From positions 62,587 to 126,586 of the IMG/VR virus record IMGVR_UViG_3300006339_000005: DNA of 64,000 bases, one strand, 5' to 3'. The translations under genes and the position numbers were made by a program. This stretch comes from a virus. Shown here in pieces: positions 20,239 through 30,720 of the stretch. Each line of letters begins with the position of its first letter. The stretch's first letter is position 1. The notes beneath the pieces are model-generated. The model was not told where the DNA came from and searched no databases. It saw nothing but the letters and a program-made list of their open reading frames with translations.

Positions 20239-20928
20239 ATGAAACTAACAGATACAGACATTGGTAAACAATATGGTGGAACTCATCGTGGAACTGACCA
20301 TGTTGAGAAAACAGCAGAACGACCGCCAACACCGGACGAATATGCAAAAGCATATAAAGAAAAATATGAACGGACAGGACATCCTGCTCTTCCTGGATCA
20401 ATACAAAAAATAGAAAGATTCGATCGTATTCCGTCAGCTCGATTTGTTAATAGAAACGGAATTCGCGGTGACTTTGATCTTATTGATTCACAATCTTTAT
20501 TCAAAGATCAAAGAATTGTATTGTTTAGTTTACCAGGAGCATTTACTCCTACTTGTTCAGAAAAACAATTACCTGCGTATGACGAAGCATACGATAGATT
20601 TAAAGGTTTAGGTATTAACGAAGTATATTGTGTTTCAGTTAACGACGGCTTTGTAATGAATGCCTGGGCTGAAGATATACAAATTAAAAATGTAAAATTA
20701 CTTGCTGATGGTAATGGTGATTTTACACAAGCGATGGGTATGCTTGTAAGAAAACGTCATGTTGGGTTTGCCAACCGTTCTTGGCGCTATGCAATATATG
20801 TAATTAACGGCATAGTTGATCAAGCATTTATTGAACCTGGATTTAATCATGACGGTGCTGACACCGACCCTTATACTGTTTCGGACCCTGAAACGGTACT
20901 CAGTTACATACAAACTACATTACGTTAA
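20239..20928 (+). CDS. Peroxiredoxin (Prx5 type) with N-terminal extension
   Basis: PGAFTPTCS active site, VSVNDGFVMNAW, LADGNGDFT, RSWRYA. Confidence 0.93.
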   Translation: MKLTDTDIGKQYGGTHRGTDHVEKTAERPPTPDEYAKAYKEKYERTGHPALPGSIQKIERFDRIPSARFVNRNGIRGDFDLIDSQSLFKDQRIVLFSLPGAFTPTCSEKQLPAYDEAYDRFKGLGINEVYCVSVNDGFVMNAWAEDIQIKNVKLLADGNGDFTQAMGMLVRKRHVGFANRSWRYAIYVINGIVDQAFIEPGFNHDGADTDPYTVSDPETVLSYIQTTLR

Positions 20929-20946
20929 TTATTAAATACAGTTGTA

Positions 20947-21732
20947 ATGACAATTGTATTAGTAACAGGTGGATTCGATCCACTTCACTCTGGCCATATA
21001 GCCTATTTCAAGGCGGCTAAAATAAAAGGTGCCCAACTATGGGTTGGTGTTAATTCTGACGCATGGCTAATACGTAAAAAAGGTAGAGCGTTTATGCCTA
21101 TGAAAGAACGCTGTGAAATAATTAAAAATCTTAAAATGGTAGATAAAGTTATTGATGTTGTTAACGATCATAAAGTTGACGACTCAGGAGGCGCAATTTT
21201 TAAAGCATTTGCCATAGGTGCAGACAAAATTATTTTTGCAAACGGGGGTGATAGAACTAAAGAAAATATTCCAGAAATGGAACAATGGGGCAACAATCCT
21301 AATGTAGAATTCATATTTGGTGTTGGAGGTAATACTAAACAAAATTCTAGTAGTTGGATATTAGATGAATGGAAAAATCCAAAAACAATACGAAACTGGG
21401 GTTGGTATAGAGTACTAGATGAGAAGCCTGGCTATAAAGTTAAAGAATTAGTAATAAAACCTGGTAAACATTTAAGTATGCAACGCCATGAACATAGAGC
21501 TGAACATTGGTATATTCTTAAAGGAAAATGTACACTTAATACAATAAATGTTTCATCTGATTTTGAACAACTAGGACAATATAACGAACATCAAACAATT
21601 ACGATTCATAAAGGACAATGGCATCAAGGGGGCAATAATACAAAAGAACCTTGTCATATATTAGAAGTACAGTACGGTGACCAGTGTATAGAAGAAGACA
21701 TTGAACGACTAAAACTTAAGGTACTAGAATGA
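20947..21732 (+). CDS. Cytidylyltransferase fused to mannose-6-phosphate isomerase-type cupin
   Basis: GGFDPLHSGH (HxGH), FANGGDR, KQNSSS; C-terminal WGWY..SMQRHEHRAEHW cupin. Confidence 0.88.
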   Translation: MTIVLVTGGFDPLHSGHIAYFKAAKIKGAQLWVGVNSDAWLIRKKGRAFMPMKERCEIIKNLKMVDKVIDVVNDHKVDDSGGAIFKAFAIGADKIIFANGGDRTKENIPEMEQWGNNPNVEFIFGVGGNTKQNSSSWILDEWKNPKTIRNWGWYRVLDEKPGYKVKELVIKPGKHLSMQRHEHRAEHWYILKGKCTLNTINVSSDFEQLGQYNEHQTITIHKGQWHQGGNNTKEPCHILEVQYGDQCIEEDIERLKLKVLE

Positions 21733-22448
21733 AAACAAAAAAAGAACTAGCCTGGGAACGAAAGTTAGAAAAAGATATTGATCATTCACACTTAACTGAT
21801 GACGAATGGTATATGGTTGGTGTTTGTAAACCATATACCATGACAAGTGGAAAAAGACTTTTACATACATTTAATACTGTTAAAGAACTAGATAAAAATA
21901 ATATTAAAGGTGACATAGTAGAATGTGGAGTATGGCGTGGTGGACAAATAATTAGTGCCTGGTTAGCAAATAAAACAACAGATAGAGACTTTTGGTTATT
22001 TGATACGTTCCAAGGAATGACACCGCCAACAATAGATGATTACAAACTTAATCCAGATGGTTCAAAAGGATATGCTCATGAAAGTGGAAAAGCAAAAGCA
22101 GGTTATGATAACTGGTGTAGAGCAGAATTACAAGAAGTTGTAAACAATATAAACCCGTTTATTCCACAAAGACAAACACATTACGTTGTAGGTGACATAC
22201 GCGAAACACTTAAAAATCCAAAAAATATTCCTCAACAAATTGCATTACTTCGACTAGATACTGACTGGTATGAAAGTACATTATCCGAGTTAACTCATTT
22301 ATGGCCAATGGTAACGCCAGGAGGAATATGTGTATTAGACGACTATAATAGTTGGCAAGGAAGTAAAAAAGCCTTTCATGATGCTCTAGGAAACTCAATA
22401 AAGATACATACTATTGACCAGGTTGCCGTCTGGTTCCGGAAAGAATAA
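21729..22448 (+). CDS. TylF/MycF-family O-methyltransferase
   Basis: GDIVECGVWRGG, LFDTFQG, LRLDTDWYEST, LDDY. Confidence 0.92.
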   Translation: MKTKKELAWERKLEKDIDHSHLTDDEWYMVGVCKPYTMTSGKRLLHTFNTVKELDKNNIKGDIVECGVWRGGQIISAWLANKTTDRDFWLFDTFQGMTPPTIDDYKLNPDGSKGYAHESGKAKAGYDNWCRAELQEVVNNINPFIPQRQTHYVVGDIRETLKNPKNIPQQIALLRLDTDWYESTLSELTHLWPMVTPGGICVLDDYNSWQGSKKAFHDALGNSIKIHTIDQVAVWFRKE

Positions 22449-22450
22449 GA

Positions 22451-23158
22451 ATGAGATTGAAAGTATTTGTAGGATATGACACACGAGAGGATATTTCTTT
22501 TCAAGTATGTGAACATAGCATACTAAGGCATAATATTGGCATAGATACTGTGGAAATTAAACCATTAATTCAAGATGACTTACGTAAAAGAAATCTTTAC
22601 TGGCGTGATGTTGATAAACTAGGTTCAACTGAATTTACATTTACAAGATTTTTAATACCAGCATTAATGAATTATAAAGGTTGGGCATTATTTTGTGATA
22701 GTGATATTGTATTTCTAGAAAATGTTTCTAATTTATTTCAACTTGTTAATGACAAGTATGCTGTAATGTGTGTTAAACACGTTCATAATCCACAAGTAGG
22801 ATTAAAAATGGATGGGCGTCAACAATTACAATACCCAAGAAAAAACTGGAGTTCAGTAGTATTATGGAACTGCGGACATCCAAGTAATCAAAACTTAACA
22901 GTTGATGTAATTAATGCTGAAGATACAACAGGAAAATATTTACATAGATTTGCTTGGTTAGAAGATGAAGAAATAGGATCACTTCCACATGAGTGGAACT
23001 GGTTAGTGGGCTGGTATAGAGAACCAAAAGATGGTAAACCTAAAGCATTACATTATACAGAAGGTGGACCTTGGTTTAAAAATTATCGTGAGTGTGAATA
23101 TAATAAAGAATGGAAAACTGCATTACTAGAAATGATGAAGGGAGGAGGGTTCGACTAA
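22451..23158 (+). CDS. GT-A glycosyltransferase (GT8-like)
   Basis: STEFTFTRF, FCDSD (DxD), PRKNWSS, WNWLVG, LHYTEGGPW. Confidence 0.85.
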   Translation: MRLKVFVGYDTREDISFQVCEHSILRHNIGIDTVEIKPLIQDDLRKRNLYWRDVDKLGSTEFTFTRFLIPALMNYKGWALFCDSDIVFLENVSNLFQLVNDKYAVMCVKHVHNPQVGLKMDGRQQLQYPRKNWSSVVLWNCGHPSNQNLTVDVINAEDTTGKYLHRFAWLEDEEIGSLPHEWNWLVGWYREPKDGKPKALHYTEGGPWFKNYRECEYNKEWKTALLEMMKGGGFD

Positions 23159-23159
23159 A

Positions 23160-24212
23160 ATGGAATGGGACCCCAGAAACTTGAAACCAGATTTAAAAGA
23201 TTTAGTTAATCATATACTTGCCGCAGTAGCAACAGGTAAAGCTAAAGATGCCGTTAATGCTGTGACTGAAGCATTTGAAAATGTTAAATCTCCCCAACTA
23301 ATTTGTGTTGATAGTGGAATTAAAAAAGTAGAGAAAAAAGAAAAAGCACCATTTGGGTTAGTTGATTCTTTTGTTATGGCTATGGCATTAGGATCAAATG
23401 GAAAATATATTAGGGCTGATGATTTAGACTGGAATGACAAAACACCAATACTAGTAAGAGGGTTAGGCAAAACTAAAATTATTAAAAGATGTATTGAAGA
23501 AAAAAGAGATTTTTATTTTATGGATACAGGATATTTAGGAAATAATCCTAGTCCTATGAATCCAAATGGTAAAAAAACATATCATAGAATTGTAAAAAAT
23601 GCTTTACAAAATCTTCATATGCCTGCAAGGGATAGAATTGAAGATAAAGGAAAAGATCCAAGAGACGATGATGACCTTGCACAACGAAAACTTGATGCTA
23701 ACTTATTAATAAAAGCACCACAGCATTATAGTGGTGAAAGATGGAAAAGGCTTGGTATACAATTTAAAGATGTGACGCCAGGTAAGAAAGTTCTTTTAGT
23801 ACCACCTAGTGAAAAAGTTATGAAATACTTTGAACTAAACTTAGACGAATGGATTGAAGCAACTATTTTAAAACTAAGACAACATACACAACGGCCAATC
23901 GAACTTAGAAGAAAACCTAGTAGAGAAGCTAGGGTTTCTACACAAACTATGGAACAAGCATTAGCTGACGACATACATTGTTTAGTAACATTTAATAGTA
24001 TTGCGGCTTTAGAAGCAATGGTTTATGGTAAGCCTTCTATAGTGTTAGGACCAAATTGTGCCCAAGACATCTGTGGAACAAGAATAGATAGACTTGAATT
24101 TACAACACATCCTGGACGTAAACAACTTACATGGCTTTGTCGTTACCTAGCTAATAATCAATTTACATATGACGAAATGTTAAATGGTCATGCTTGGAGT
24201 ATAGTAAAATGA
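23160..24212 (+). CDS. Capsular-polysaccharide-synthesis-like GT-B protein, paralog 1
   Basis: DTGY, RPIELRRKP, VTFNSIAALEAMVYGKP. Confidence 0.55.
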   Translation: MEWDPRNLKPDLKDLVNHILAAVATGKAKDAVNAVTEAFENVKSPQLICVDSGIKKVEKKEKAPFGLVDSFVMAMALGSNGKYIRADDLDWNDKTPILVRGLGKTKIIKRCIEEKRDFYFMDTGYLGNNPSPMNPNGKKTYHRIVKNALQNLHMPARDRIEDKGKDPRDDDDLAQRKLDANLLIKAPQHYSGERWKRLGIQFKDVTPGKKVLLVPPSEKVMKYFELNLDEWIEATILKLRQHTQRPIELRRKPSREARVSTQTMEQALADDIHCLVTFNSIAALEAMVYGKPSIVLGPNCAQDICGTRIDRLEFTTHPGRKQLTWLCRYLANNQFTYDEMLNGHAWSIVK

Positions 24213-25135
24213 GAGTAGTCGGATATACTAAAGTCATTCCACCTGGAACTAGAACTAGACCTTTAAAGCATAATCATAAAGAACAAATTATACGTAACTA
24301 TGTTGAAGGTGTTAGAAAAGCTGGTGACACAGGACTTGTTTATGATGGCTTTAATTTATTAGATTGTGATGTTGCAGTTATGCAAGGCTTTATACATGAA
24401 GGTAGTGCTCATGTACCACACATTCAACTTAGACGAGGTATTGCAGAGAACAAAAAAAATAAAGCATTTATAACAGCAGACAGTAATTTATTTTTGTATA
24501 AAGCAGTAACTAACGAACCACATCATTATTTACGATATAGTATTAATGGTGTGTTTAATGATACTGGCAATTACTGTAATAAAAATTCAGACGACACACA
24601 ATGGAAAAAGATACAAAGAGATTTACACGTTCGTTTACAACCATGGACATTATACGAACGAGAAAATATTTTATTATGTTTGCAACGCAATGGTGGTTGG
24701 TCAATGAAAGGTAAAGATGTTGTTCAATGGGCTAATCAAAAAATAGCAGAAATTAGAACATTCTCTGATAGACCTATTGTAGTTAGACCACACCCAGGTG
24801 ATAAAAAAGCACCACAGTATACAAAAAATATTCATGGTCCTAATGTGCGTATAAGTTTTCAACCACACATAGAACATGATTTAGCAAAAACTATGTGTAC
24901 AATAGTTTACAATAGTAGTCCAGCAGTAGCTAGTGTAATAGAAGGAGTACCAGTAATAGTTGAAGATCCTAGCTCAAGTCAGGTAGCTGAGGTATGCCAT
25001 ACTAATTTATCAGACATAAATGATTTAAAGAAAAAAGAACGTGAACAATGGATTAGAAATATAGCACAATGTCATTGGAGTTTTGTAGACTTACAATCAG
25101 GAGAAGCATGGTCCCATATGCGAAAGTATTTGTAA
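24209..25135 (+). CDS. Capsular-polysaccharide-synthesis-like GT-B protein, paralog 2
   Basis: RPIVVRPHP, VYNSSPAVASVIEGVP; ATGA coupling at 24209. Confidence 0.55.
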   Translation: MRVVGYTKVIPPGTRTRPLKHNHKEQIIRNYVEGVRKAGDTGLVYDGFNLLDCDVAVMQGFIHEGSAHVPHIQLRRGIAENKKNKAFITADSNLFLYKAVTNEPHHYLRYSINGVFNDTGNYCNKNSDDTQWKKIQRDLHVRLQPWTLYERENILLCLQRNGGWSMKGKDVVQWANQKIAEIRTFSDRPIVVRPHPGDKKAPQYTKNIHGPNVRISFQPHIEHDLAKTMCTIVYNSSPAVASVIEGVPVIVEDPSSSQVAEVCHTNLSDINDLKKKEREQWIRNIAQCHWSFVDLQSGEAWSHMRKYL

Positions 25136-25282
25136 ATGCCAGCGATATGCGATCGCGACCTTGCAAACAGAATATGGTGGATGGTCAAGGGCAAAGCAAT
25201 ACCTGACCACTACACTGATGAAGATTGTGAAGAAATTATAAAACGTTACTGGCACAGAGCAATGGAACAAGGAGGCGGATAA
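25136..25282 (+). CDS. Small hypothetical protein (48 aa)
   Basis: ORF exactly fills the gap with TAAATG junctions on both sides. Confidence 0.55.
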   Translation: MPAICDRDLANRIWWMVKGKAIPDHYTDEDCEEIIKRYWHRAMEQGGG

Positions 25283-25540
25283 ATGAAAATATTAAAAATT
25301 ATAATGTGGCCATTTATAATGTTAAAGAATATATTAGATGGTAATTACTGGGCAGAAAAAATTGGTAATAAAACTGGTGCATATGATAAAGCACATAACA
25401 GTAAACTTGCACAATGGTCGCGTAGCCTTACAGGATGGAAATGGTGGGCATATCAAATAGGTGTTGGTTTAGTATTTGTTGTTGTAGCAGAATTTGTATT
25501 AAACTTAATAGGCCTTAGTATGTTGCCTTGGAAATGGTAA
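25283..25540 (+). CDS. Small membrane protein
   Basis: C-terminal hydrophobic helix; GGAGG RBS. Confidence 0.65.
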   Translation: MKILKIIMWPFIMLKNILDGNYWAEKIGNKTGAYDKAHNSKLAQWSRSLTGWKWWAYQIGVGLVFVVVAEFVLNLIGLSMLPWKW

Positions 25541-26383
25541 ATGTCAGACATTAAATTTGTAACTACATTTCATCAACCAGGTATGGTTGAATACGGGCAA
25601 CGCTTTATTAATAGCTTTGCTGAACACGTTGATAAAGATATACATCTAATTGTATATGCTGAAGATTGTCAACCAACTAATCCAGATCCTTTACAAATTA
25701 TTATTAAAGATCAAAAAGAAATAACAAAACTTATAGCATTTAAAGAGAAATGGAAGGACGTTCCAAAAGCAAATGGTAAATGTCCTTGGCCTGAAAGACG
25801 CCCTCGTGATCATCATAAAGAGTTTAAATGGCACGCCATAAGATTTGCTAATAAAGTTTATGCTGTATTTAAAGAAACCCTAGACCCAGTTATTAATTGG
25901 TTAGTATGGATTGACGCAGATACCTTTGTGCATAGTGATTGGAGTTATGAGCAAATTAAAAATTTACTGCCAAGAGATAAATGGATAACGTTTGTAGGTA
26001 GGGGCGTTGGAACTCAAACATGGCCTGAGTGTGGATTTTATGGATTAAATATTAAAGATAAAATGTGCAAACAATTTTTAGCAGAGTTTGAACGATATTA
26101 TGAAGAAGCAGAAAAAGGAATTTTTACATTAGAAGAATGGCACGACTCATTTGTATTTGGTCACATACTAAATCAAATGAAAGTAAAATATCCTAATGTA
26201 TTAGATTATAGTGAAAACATTTATAATCGAACAGCAAAAACTGGGGGTGGTGGACATCCTCTAATCAATTCTGTTTTAGGAACATGGCTTGATCATATGA
26301 AGGGTGTTCGTAAATCAGAAGGTAGTAGTAGAAAGAAAGATCTTCTAGTACCTAGAAATGAGAAGTACTGGAATGAAGTTTAG
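25541..26383 (+). CDS. GT-A nucleotide-diphospho-sugar transferase
   Basis: FVTTF, RFANKVYA, VWIDAD (DxD), ECGF, EWHDSFVF, DHMKG. Confidence 0.78.
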   Translation: MSDIKFVTTFHQPGMVEYGQRFINSFAEHVDKDIHLIVYAEDCQPTNPDPLQIIIKDQKEITKLIAFKEKWKDVPKANGKCPWPERRPRDHHKEFKWHAIRFANKVYAVFKETLDPVINWLVWIDADTFVHSDWSYEQIKNLLPRDKWITFVGRGVGTQTWPECGFYGLNIKDKMCKQFLAEFERYYEEAEKGIFTLEEWHDSFVFGHILNQMKVKYPNVLDYSENIYNRTAKTGGGGHPLINSVLGTWLDHMKGVRKSEGSSRKKDLLVPRNEKYWNEV

Positions 26384-27227
26384 TTTATGGACTGATTATG
26401 GAGCACAAAATAGTAAACCTGTTTTTGATAGCTTTGCTCACGGTGTTAGTATTACCGGCGGCTCTGTTGTTTATAATGACCTTGACAGTGACGTTGGTGT
26501 TATATGGAGCGTTCTGTGGAATGGTCGAATGGCTAACAACAGGAAAATATGGGAACACTACCGTTCGCAGAATAAACCGTTGGTAGTACTCGAAGTTGGC
26601 GGAATTAAACGGGGCACTACTTGGAAAGTTGGAATTAATGGAATTAATAGGGAAGCCGACTTTGGTCCTAAAGGAAATGGGCCCGAACGTGCAAACTTAT
26701 TAAATTTAAAACTAGAGCCTTGGCGTCCTAATGGTAGAGATATAATTATATGTGGACAACATGATAAGAGTCATCAATGGCGTCATATGCCAGGTATGGC
26801 TGATTGGATTGTTTCTAACATTAAAGCTATAAGAAAACATACAGCAAGACCTATAATCTTTCGTCCTCATCCTAGATGTAGATTACCATTACTTGAACTT
26901 GAATTTAATCATTTTAAAAACGTAACACGAGAACACCCGCGACAACTTCCACATACATATGATGACTTTGATTTTAATTTCCATAATGCTTGGGCAGTAG
27001 TAAATTGGTCTAGTAATCCTGCTACACAGGCAGTTATTGGAGGCGTACCTGTTTTTGTAGGTCCAGAAAGTTTAGCGTGGGATGTTGGAAATGATACATT
27101 AGAAACTATTAATAAGCCAGCTATGCCTGACAGACAACAATGGCTAAATGATTTAGCATATACTGAGTGGACAACGGAAGAAATTTCTCAAGGATTACCC
27201 CTTAAACGATTGACATTTGCTCTATAA
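26373..27227 (+). CDS. Capsular-polysaccharide-synthesis-like GT-B protein, paralog 3
   Basis: RPIIFRPHP, VNWSSNPATQAVIGGVPVF, LAYTEWT. Confidence 0.55.
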   Translation: MKFSLWTDYGAQNSKPVFDSFAHGVSITGGSVVYNDLDSDVGVIWSVLWNGRMANNRKIWEHYRSQNKPLVVLEVGGIKRGTTWKVGINGINREADFGPKGNGPERANLLNLKLEPWRPNGRDIIICGQHDKSHQWRHMPGMADWIVSNIKAIRKHTARPIIFRPHPRCRLPLLELEFNHFKNVTREHPRQLPHTYDDFDFNFHNAWAVVNWSSNPATQAVIGGVPVFVGPESLAWDVGNDTLETINKPAMPDRQQWLNDLAYTEWTTEEISQGLPLKRLTFAL

Positions 27228-27238
27228 TCTAGTATAAT
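27210..27238 (+). promoter_or_regulatory. sigma70-type promoter
   Basis: TTGACA-17nt-TATAAT. Confidence 0.8.
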
Positions 27239-27244
27239 AGTTGT

Positions 27245-28525
27245 ATGATTCAGAGATCGTTAACTATTGAAGACTGTTTAGAATTGGTTGCCGGCATAAG
27301 CAACTACAAATTTCATAACGACCCTTCCTACTCAAAACTTCAAAATTTTAAACTACACGCAGATAATCATAAAATCATGTTTAGTATTGCTAAACAGGTT
27401 ATGAAGGGTACTGCTTTAACCAAAAAACAATACGACCTTGTATCAAAACTATTGCTAGAATACTACAAGCCTCAATTTGATGAACACGATATTAACCTTA
27501 AAAAGTGTATAGGAAACTTACGAATTCCTTTACGTAAAATTAATTCCGACCATTGGATTAAACTTTTGGAATGGAAAGGTGGTATTGGTGCAGAAAAAAG
27601 ACCAATGCTTTGTATTCGATTTCCTTTTAATAAAAAGGTTATAAAATATATTGAGGAATTAAAAAATAGTGTTGATAAAGAATACTTCTACGATAGTCAT
27701 AAACACTTTTTTCCGTACGAAGAAAAATACGTATGGCGGCTTGTTACTATAGCTAAAAAATTTAAAACAAAGTTTGATATTGAAGATAAAATCCAAGTTA
27801 TCTATGACAAATTAGTAGACTTTGAAAAGAATAAAGATGACTATATTCCTGGCGTATATAATTATGAACTACGTAATATACCAAAGTCTGCTATAGAACA
27901 TTGTCATAATAACATAGGAAAACCTAATAGAAATAATCTTTACAAGTACTATGATAGACGTTTTTTATATGGATTCAATCATATAAAACTAGATGCTAGT
28001 TTACAAAATATTTCTGTACTTTCTTGTAAAATTATTAATAGAAAAAGCACATCTTTAATAATTGATAAGAAAAAATGGACATTAGATCAAGTTCTAACTA
28101 GCATTGAAGAACTGTCTCGCTATCCATTACTCATTGTACTAGATAAAAAAGAAGCTCATGACGAACTAGTAGAATTGCATAATCGTTTTAAAAATTATAT
28201 TCCAGTAGAGCAAATGTCTGTTCTTTTTAGGTTAGATTCTAATCCAAAAGGAAACTTATTTAACCATTTCGTCAGAGAGCAGAGATTAAATAATAAAGTT
28301 GACAAAGGCACAAAGATAGTGTATATTAGTACTACTAAGGTACCTAAGCCTTTAATTAGAACTAATTGGCACCCTCTTAGTACTTTTACATTAGGCAGTA
28401 AAAAGAACTACTCTAAAGTAGATAACTTTATAACAAGTACCGACCTGTACATACAGTACGATGAAGATGTATCACCGTTCATGAAGCATAGTAGGTATGT
28501 TACTGACAAGATAGAAAAAATATAA
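27245..28525 (+). CDS. Hypothetical protein upstream of uvsW
   Basis: 426-aa ORF with own promoter; no motif recognised. Confidence 0.7.
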   Translation: MIQRSLTIEDCLELVAGISNYKFHNDPSYSKLQNFKLHADNHKIMFSIAKQVMKGTALTKKQYDLVSKLLLEYYKPQFDEHDINLKKCIGNLRIPLRKINSDHWIKLLEWKGGIGAEKRPMLCIRFPFNKKVIKYIEELKNSVDKEYFYDSHKHFFPYEEKYVWRLVTIAKKFKTKFDIEDKIQVIYDKLVDFEKNKDDYIPGVYNYELRNIPKSAIEHCHNNIGKPNRNNLYKYYDRRFLYGFNHIKLDASLQNISVLSCKIINRKSTSLIIDKKKWTLDQVLTSIEELSRYPLLIVLDKKEAHDELVELHNRFKNYIPVEQMSVLFRLDSNPKGNLFNHFVREQRLNNKVDKGTKIVYISTTKVPKPLIRTNWHPLSTFTLGSKKNYSKVDNFITSTDLYIQYDEDVSPFMKHSRYVTDKIEKI

Positions 28526-29983
28526 ATGGTAAGTTGCAGAATAGTAATACAAGACGAAGTCAACGTAAAGGTTGAAAATTTGCCTGTTGAGTATCGACGC
28601 AAAATTGCAAATAAATTAAAATTTGCAGTTCCGTATGCTCGTTACTTACCTAAATATAAACTTGGCCGTTGGGACGGTAAAATTAACTTTTTTGGTATTG
28701 GAGGCACAGGATATGTTAACCATCTTGATGTTATTGTTAATACTTTAGTAGATGCAGGAGTTGAAATTGCAGAAATAGATGATAAAAGAGTTAAGCACGA
28801 TCTTACATTTAAACAAATTAATAAAAACTATTGGGATCATATAACATGGCCAAAAGGACATATTGCCACCGGGCAAAAAATTATATTACGTGATTACCAA
28901 GTTGAAGTTGTTAATAACTTTTTAAAGAATCCACAATCATTACAAGAAGTTGCCACAGGTGCAGGTAAAACAATTATTACCGCAACATTATCACATCTTT
29001 GTGAAAAGTATGGGCGTACACTTGTTATTGTTCCTAATAAAAATTTAGTTACACAAACAGAAGAAGACTATATTAATTGTGGATTAGACGTTGGTGTATA
29101 CTTTGGTGACAGAAAAGAACTTGGTAAAACGCATACTATTTGTACTTGGCAAAGTTTGAATATACTTGATAAGAAAAGTAAGTATGGTGATGACGTTTTA
29201 ACATTAGCAGAATTTTTAGATGGTGTTGAAACATTAATTGTTGACGAAGTACATCAGGCTAAAGCTGAAGTATTAAAAAAATTATTAACACAAAATTTAA
29301 AACACGCACCTATTAGATGGGGACTAACTGGAACAATACCAAAAGAAGATTTTGAGTTTCAGGCTATACTCGCTAGTCTAGGACAAGTAATAGGAAAAAT
29401 AAGTGCTAAAGAATTACAAGATAAAGGTGTGTTATCTAACTGTCATGTTAATGTTGTACAATTAATTGATACACAAGTACATAAAAATTATCAAGAAGAA
29501 TTAAAATATCTTGTTACAAATAAAGATAGAGTAAAATATATAGGCACAATGATTAAATCAATTAAAGAGGCAGGCAATACGCTTGTCCTTATTGATAGAA
29601 TTGCTTCAGGCGAAAAATTACAAGAGGAAATACCAGGTTCAGTTTTTATTAAAGGTGATGTAAAATTAGCTGATAGAAAGGAACAGTATGACGAAATTAA
29701 AGAAGCTACTAATAAGTGTCTTATTGCTACTTACGGTGTTGCTAGTGTCGGTATTAATATTCCCAGAATATTTAATCTTGTACTTATTGAGCCGGGCAAG
29801 TCTTTCGTAAGGGTAATACAATCAATAGGCAGAGGTGTACGTAAGGCAGACGATAAAGACTTTGTACAAATATGGGATATAACTTCGACGTGTAAATTTG
29901 CAAAGCGACATTTAACACAACGTAAAAAGTTTTACAAGGAGGCACAATATCCCTTTAGTATTGAAAAAATAGACTGGACTTAA
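28526..29983 (+). CDS. uvsW: SF2 DNA helicase UvsW-like
   Basis: LRDYQ, ATGAGKT, IVDEVH, GLTGT, GINIP, QSIGRGVR. Confidence 0.93.
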   Translation: MVSCRIVIQDEVNVKVENLPVEYRRKIANKLKFAVPYARYLPKYKLGRWDGKINFFGIGGTGYVNHLDVIVNTLVDAGVEIAEIDDKRVKHDLTFKQINKNYWDHITWPKGHIATGQKIILRDYQVEVVNNFLKNPQSLQEVATGAGKTIITATLSHLCEKYGRTLVIVPNKNLVTQTEEDYINCGLDVGVYFGDRKELGKTHTICTWQSLNILDKKSKYGDDVLTLAEFLDGVETLIVDEVHQAKAEVLKKLLTQNLKHAPIRWGLTGTIPKEDFEFQAILASLGQVIGKISAKELQDKGVLSNCHVNVVQLIDTQVHKNYQEELKYLVTNKDRVKYIGTMIKSIKEAGNTLVLIDRIASGEKLQEEIPGSVFIKGDVKLADRKEQYDEIKEATNKCLIATYGVASVGINIPRIFNLVLIEPGKSFVRVIQSIGRGVRKADDKDFVQIWDITSTCKFAKRHLTQRKKFYKEAQYPFSIEKIDWT

Positions 29984-29985
29984 TT

Positions 29986-30216
29986 ATGAAAAAATTTATA
30001 GTAGAGATAAAAGTCGGTGATGAAATTGAAGTAGGACGGTTCCGAAACGTTTCAACAAAAATTAAAGATATTGAATTTGACGAATACGGACAACCTGTTG
30101 TTGTAACTAGTAAAGGTCCTAAAAAACTTTTTAGTTGCAGACTGTCAAAACTTAATCCAGGTAATAAAACACCAATAGAAATCCTAGCGAATGCTAGAAG
30201 GAAAAAGACTAAATGA
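29986..30216 (+). CDS. Small hypothetical protein
   Basis: 76 aa, coupled in operon. Confidence 0.6.
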   Translation: MKKFIVEIKVGDEIEVGRFRNVSTKIKDIEFDEYGQPVVVTSKGPKKLFSCRLSKLNPGNKTPIEILANARRKKTK

Positions 30217-30719
30217 AGATATTAACCTTGGAAAACGAGTGTTTTCTACTGAACAACCTACCAGAAGAATTAACAGATGATGTTCGATTTGCAGTATTAG
30301 ACAACTCTAATCCTAAAGAACCTGATTTCTTTTTTATACCACTAATCTTTTTAGAAAGTTTTAGTGCGCCTGCAATGGTATTAGAAATAGGTGGCAAAGA
30401 AATAACAATGCCTGTAGACTGGAGTTTAGCAGTAGGGGATAGTAATGGTGCAGGAGATATTGAAATACTACCATTAACAAGTTTAAATGATAGAGGATTT
30501 GATGCGTTTTTGTTTAACCCACTAACCAGCTACACGTTAAATTGGGGACCAGTGAAGATAACTAATTTTTATAACGATGTTAAATGGTATTTTCCTAAAA
30601 TGAAAAATGGACAACTTTTAGCAACACCAATAACAGAAGGTAAAGACCCGTTATGTGCATACTTTGTTAAAGATATTAGTAGACAAAGTGAAATGATAGA
30701 TTACGGATTATTAATATAA
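30213..30719 (+). CDS. Hypothetical beta-rich protein
   Basis: 168 aa, ATGA coupling. Confidence 0.65.
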   Translation: MKILTLENECFLLNNLPEELTDDVRFAVLDNSNPKEPDFFFIPLIFLESFSAPAMVLEIGGKEITMPVDWSLAVGDSNGAGDIEILPLTSLNDRGFDAFLFNPLTSYTLNWGPVKITNFYNDVKWYFPKMKNGQLLATPITEGKDPLCAYFVKDISRQSEMIDYGLLI

Positions 30720-30720
30720 A

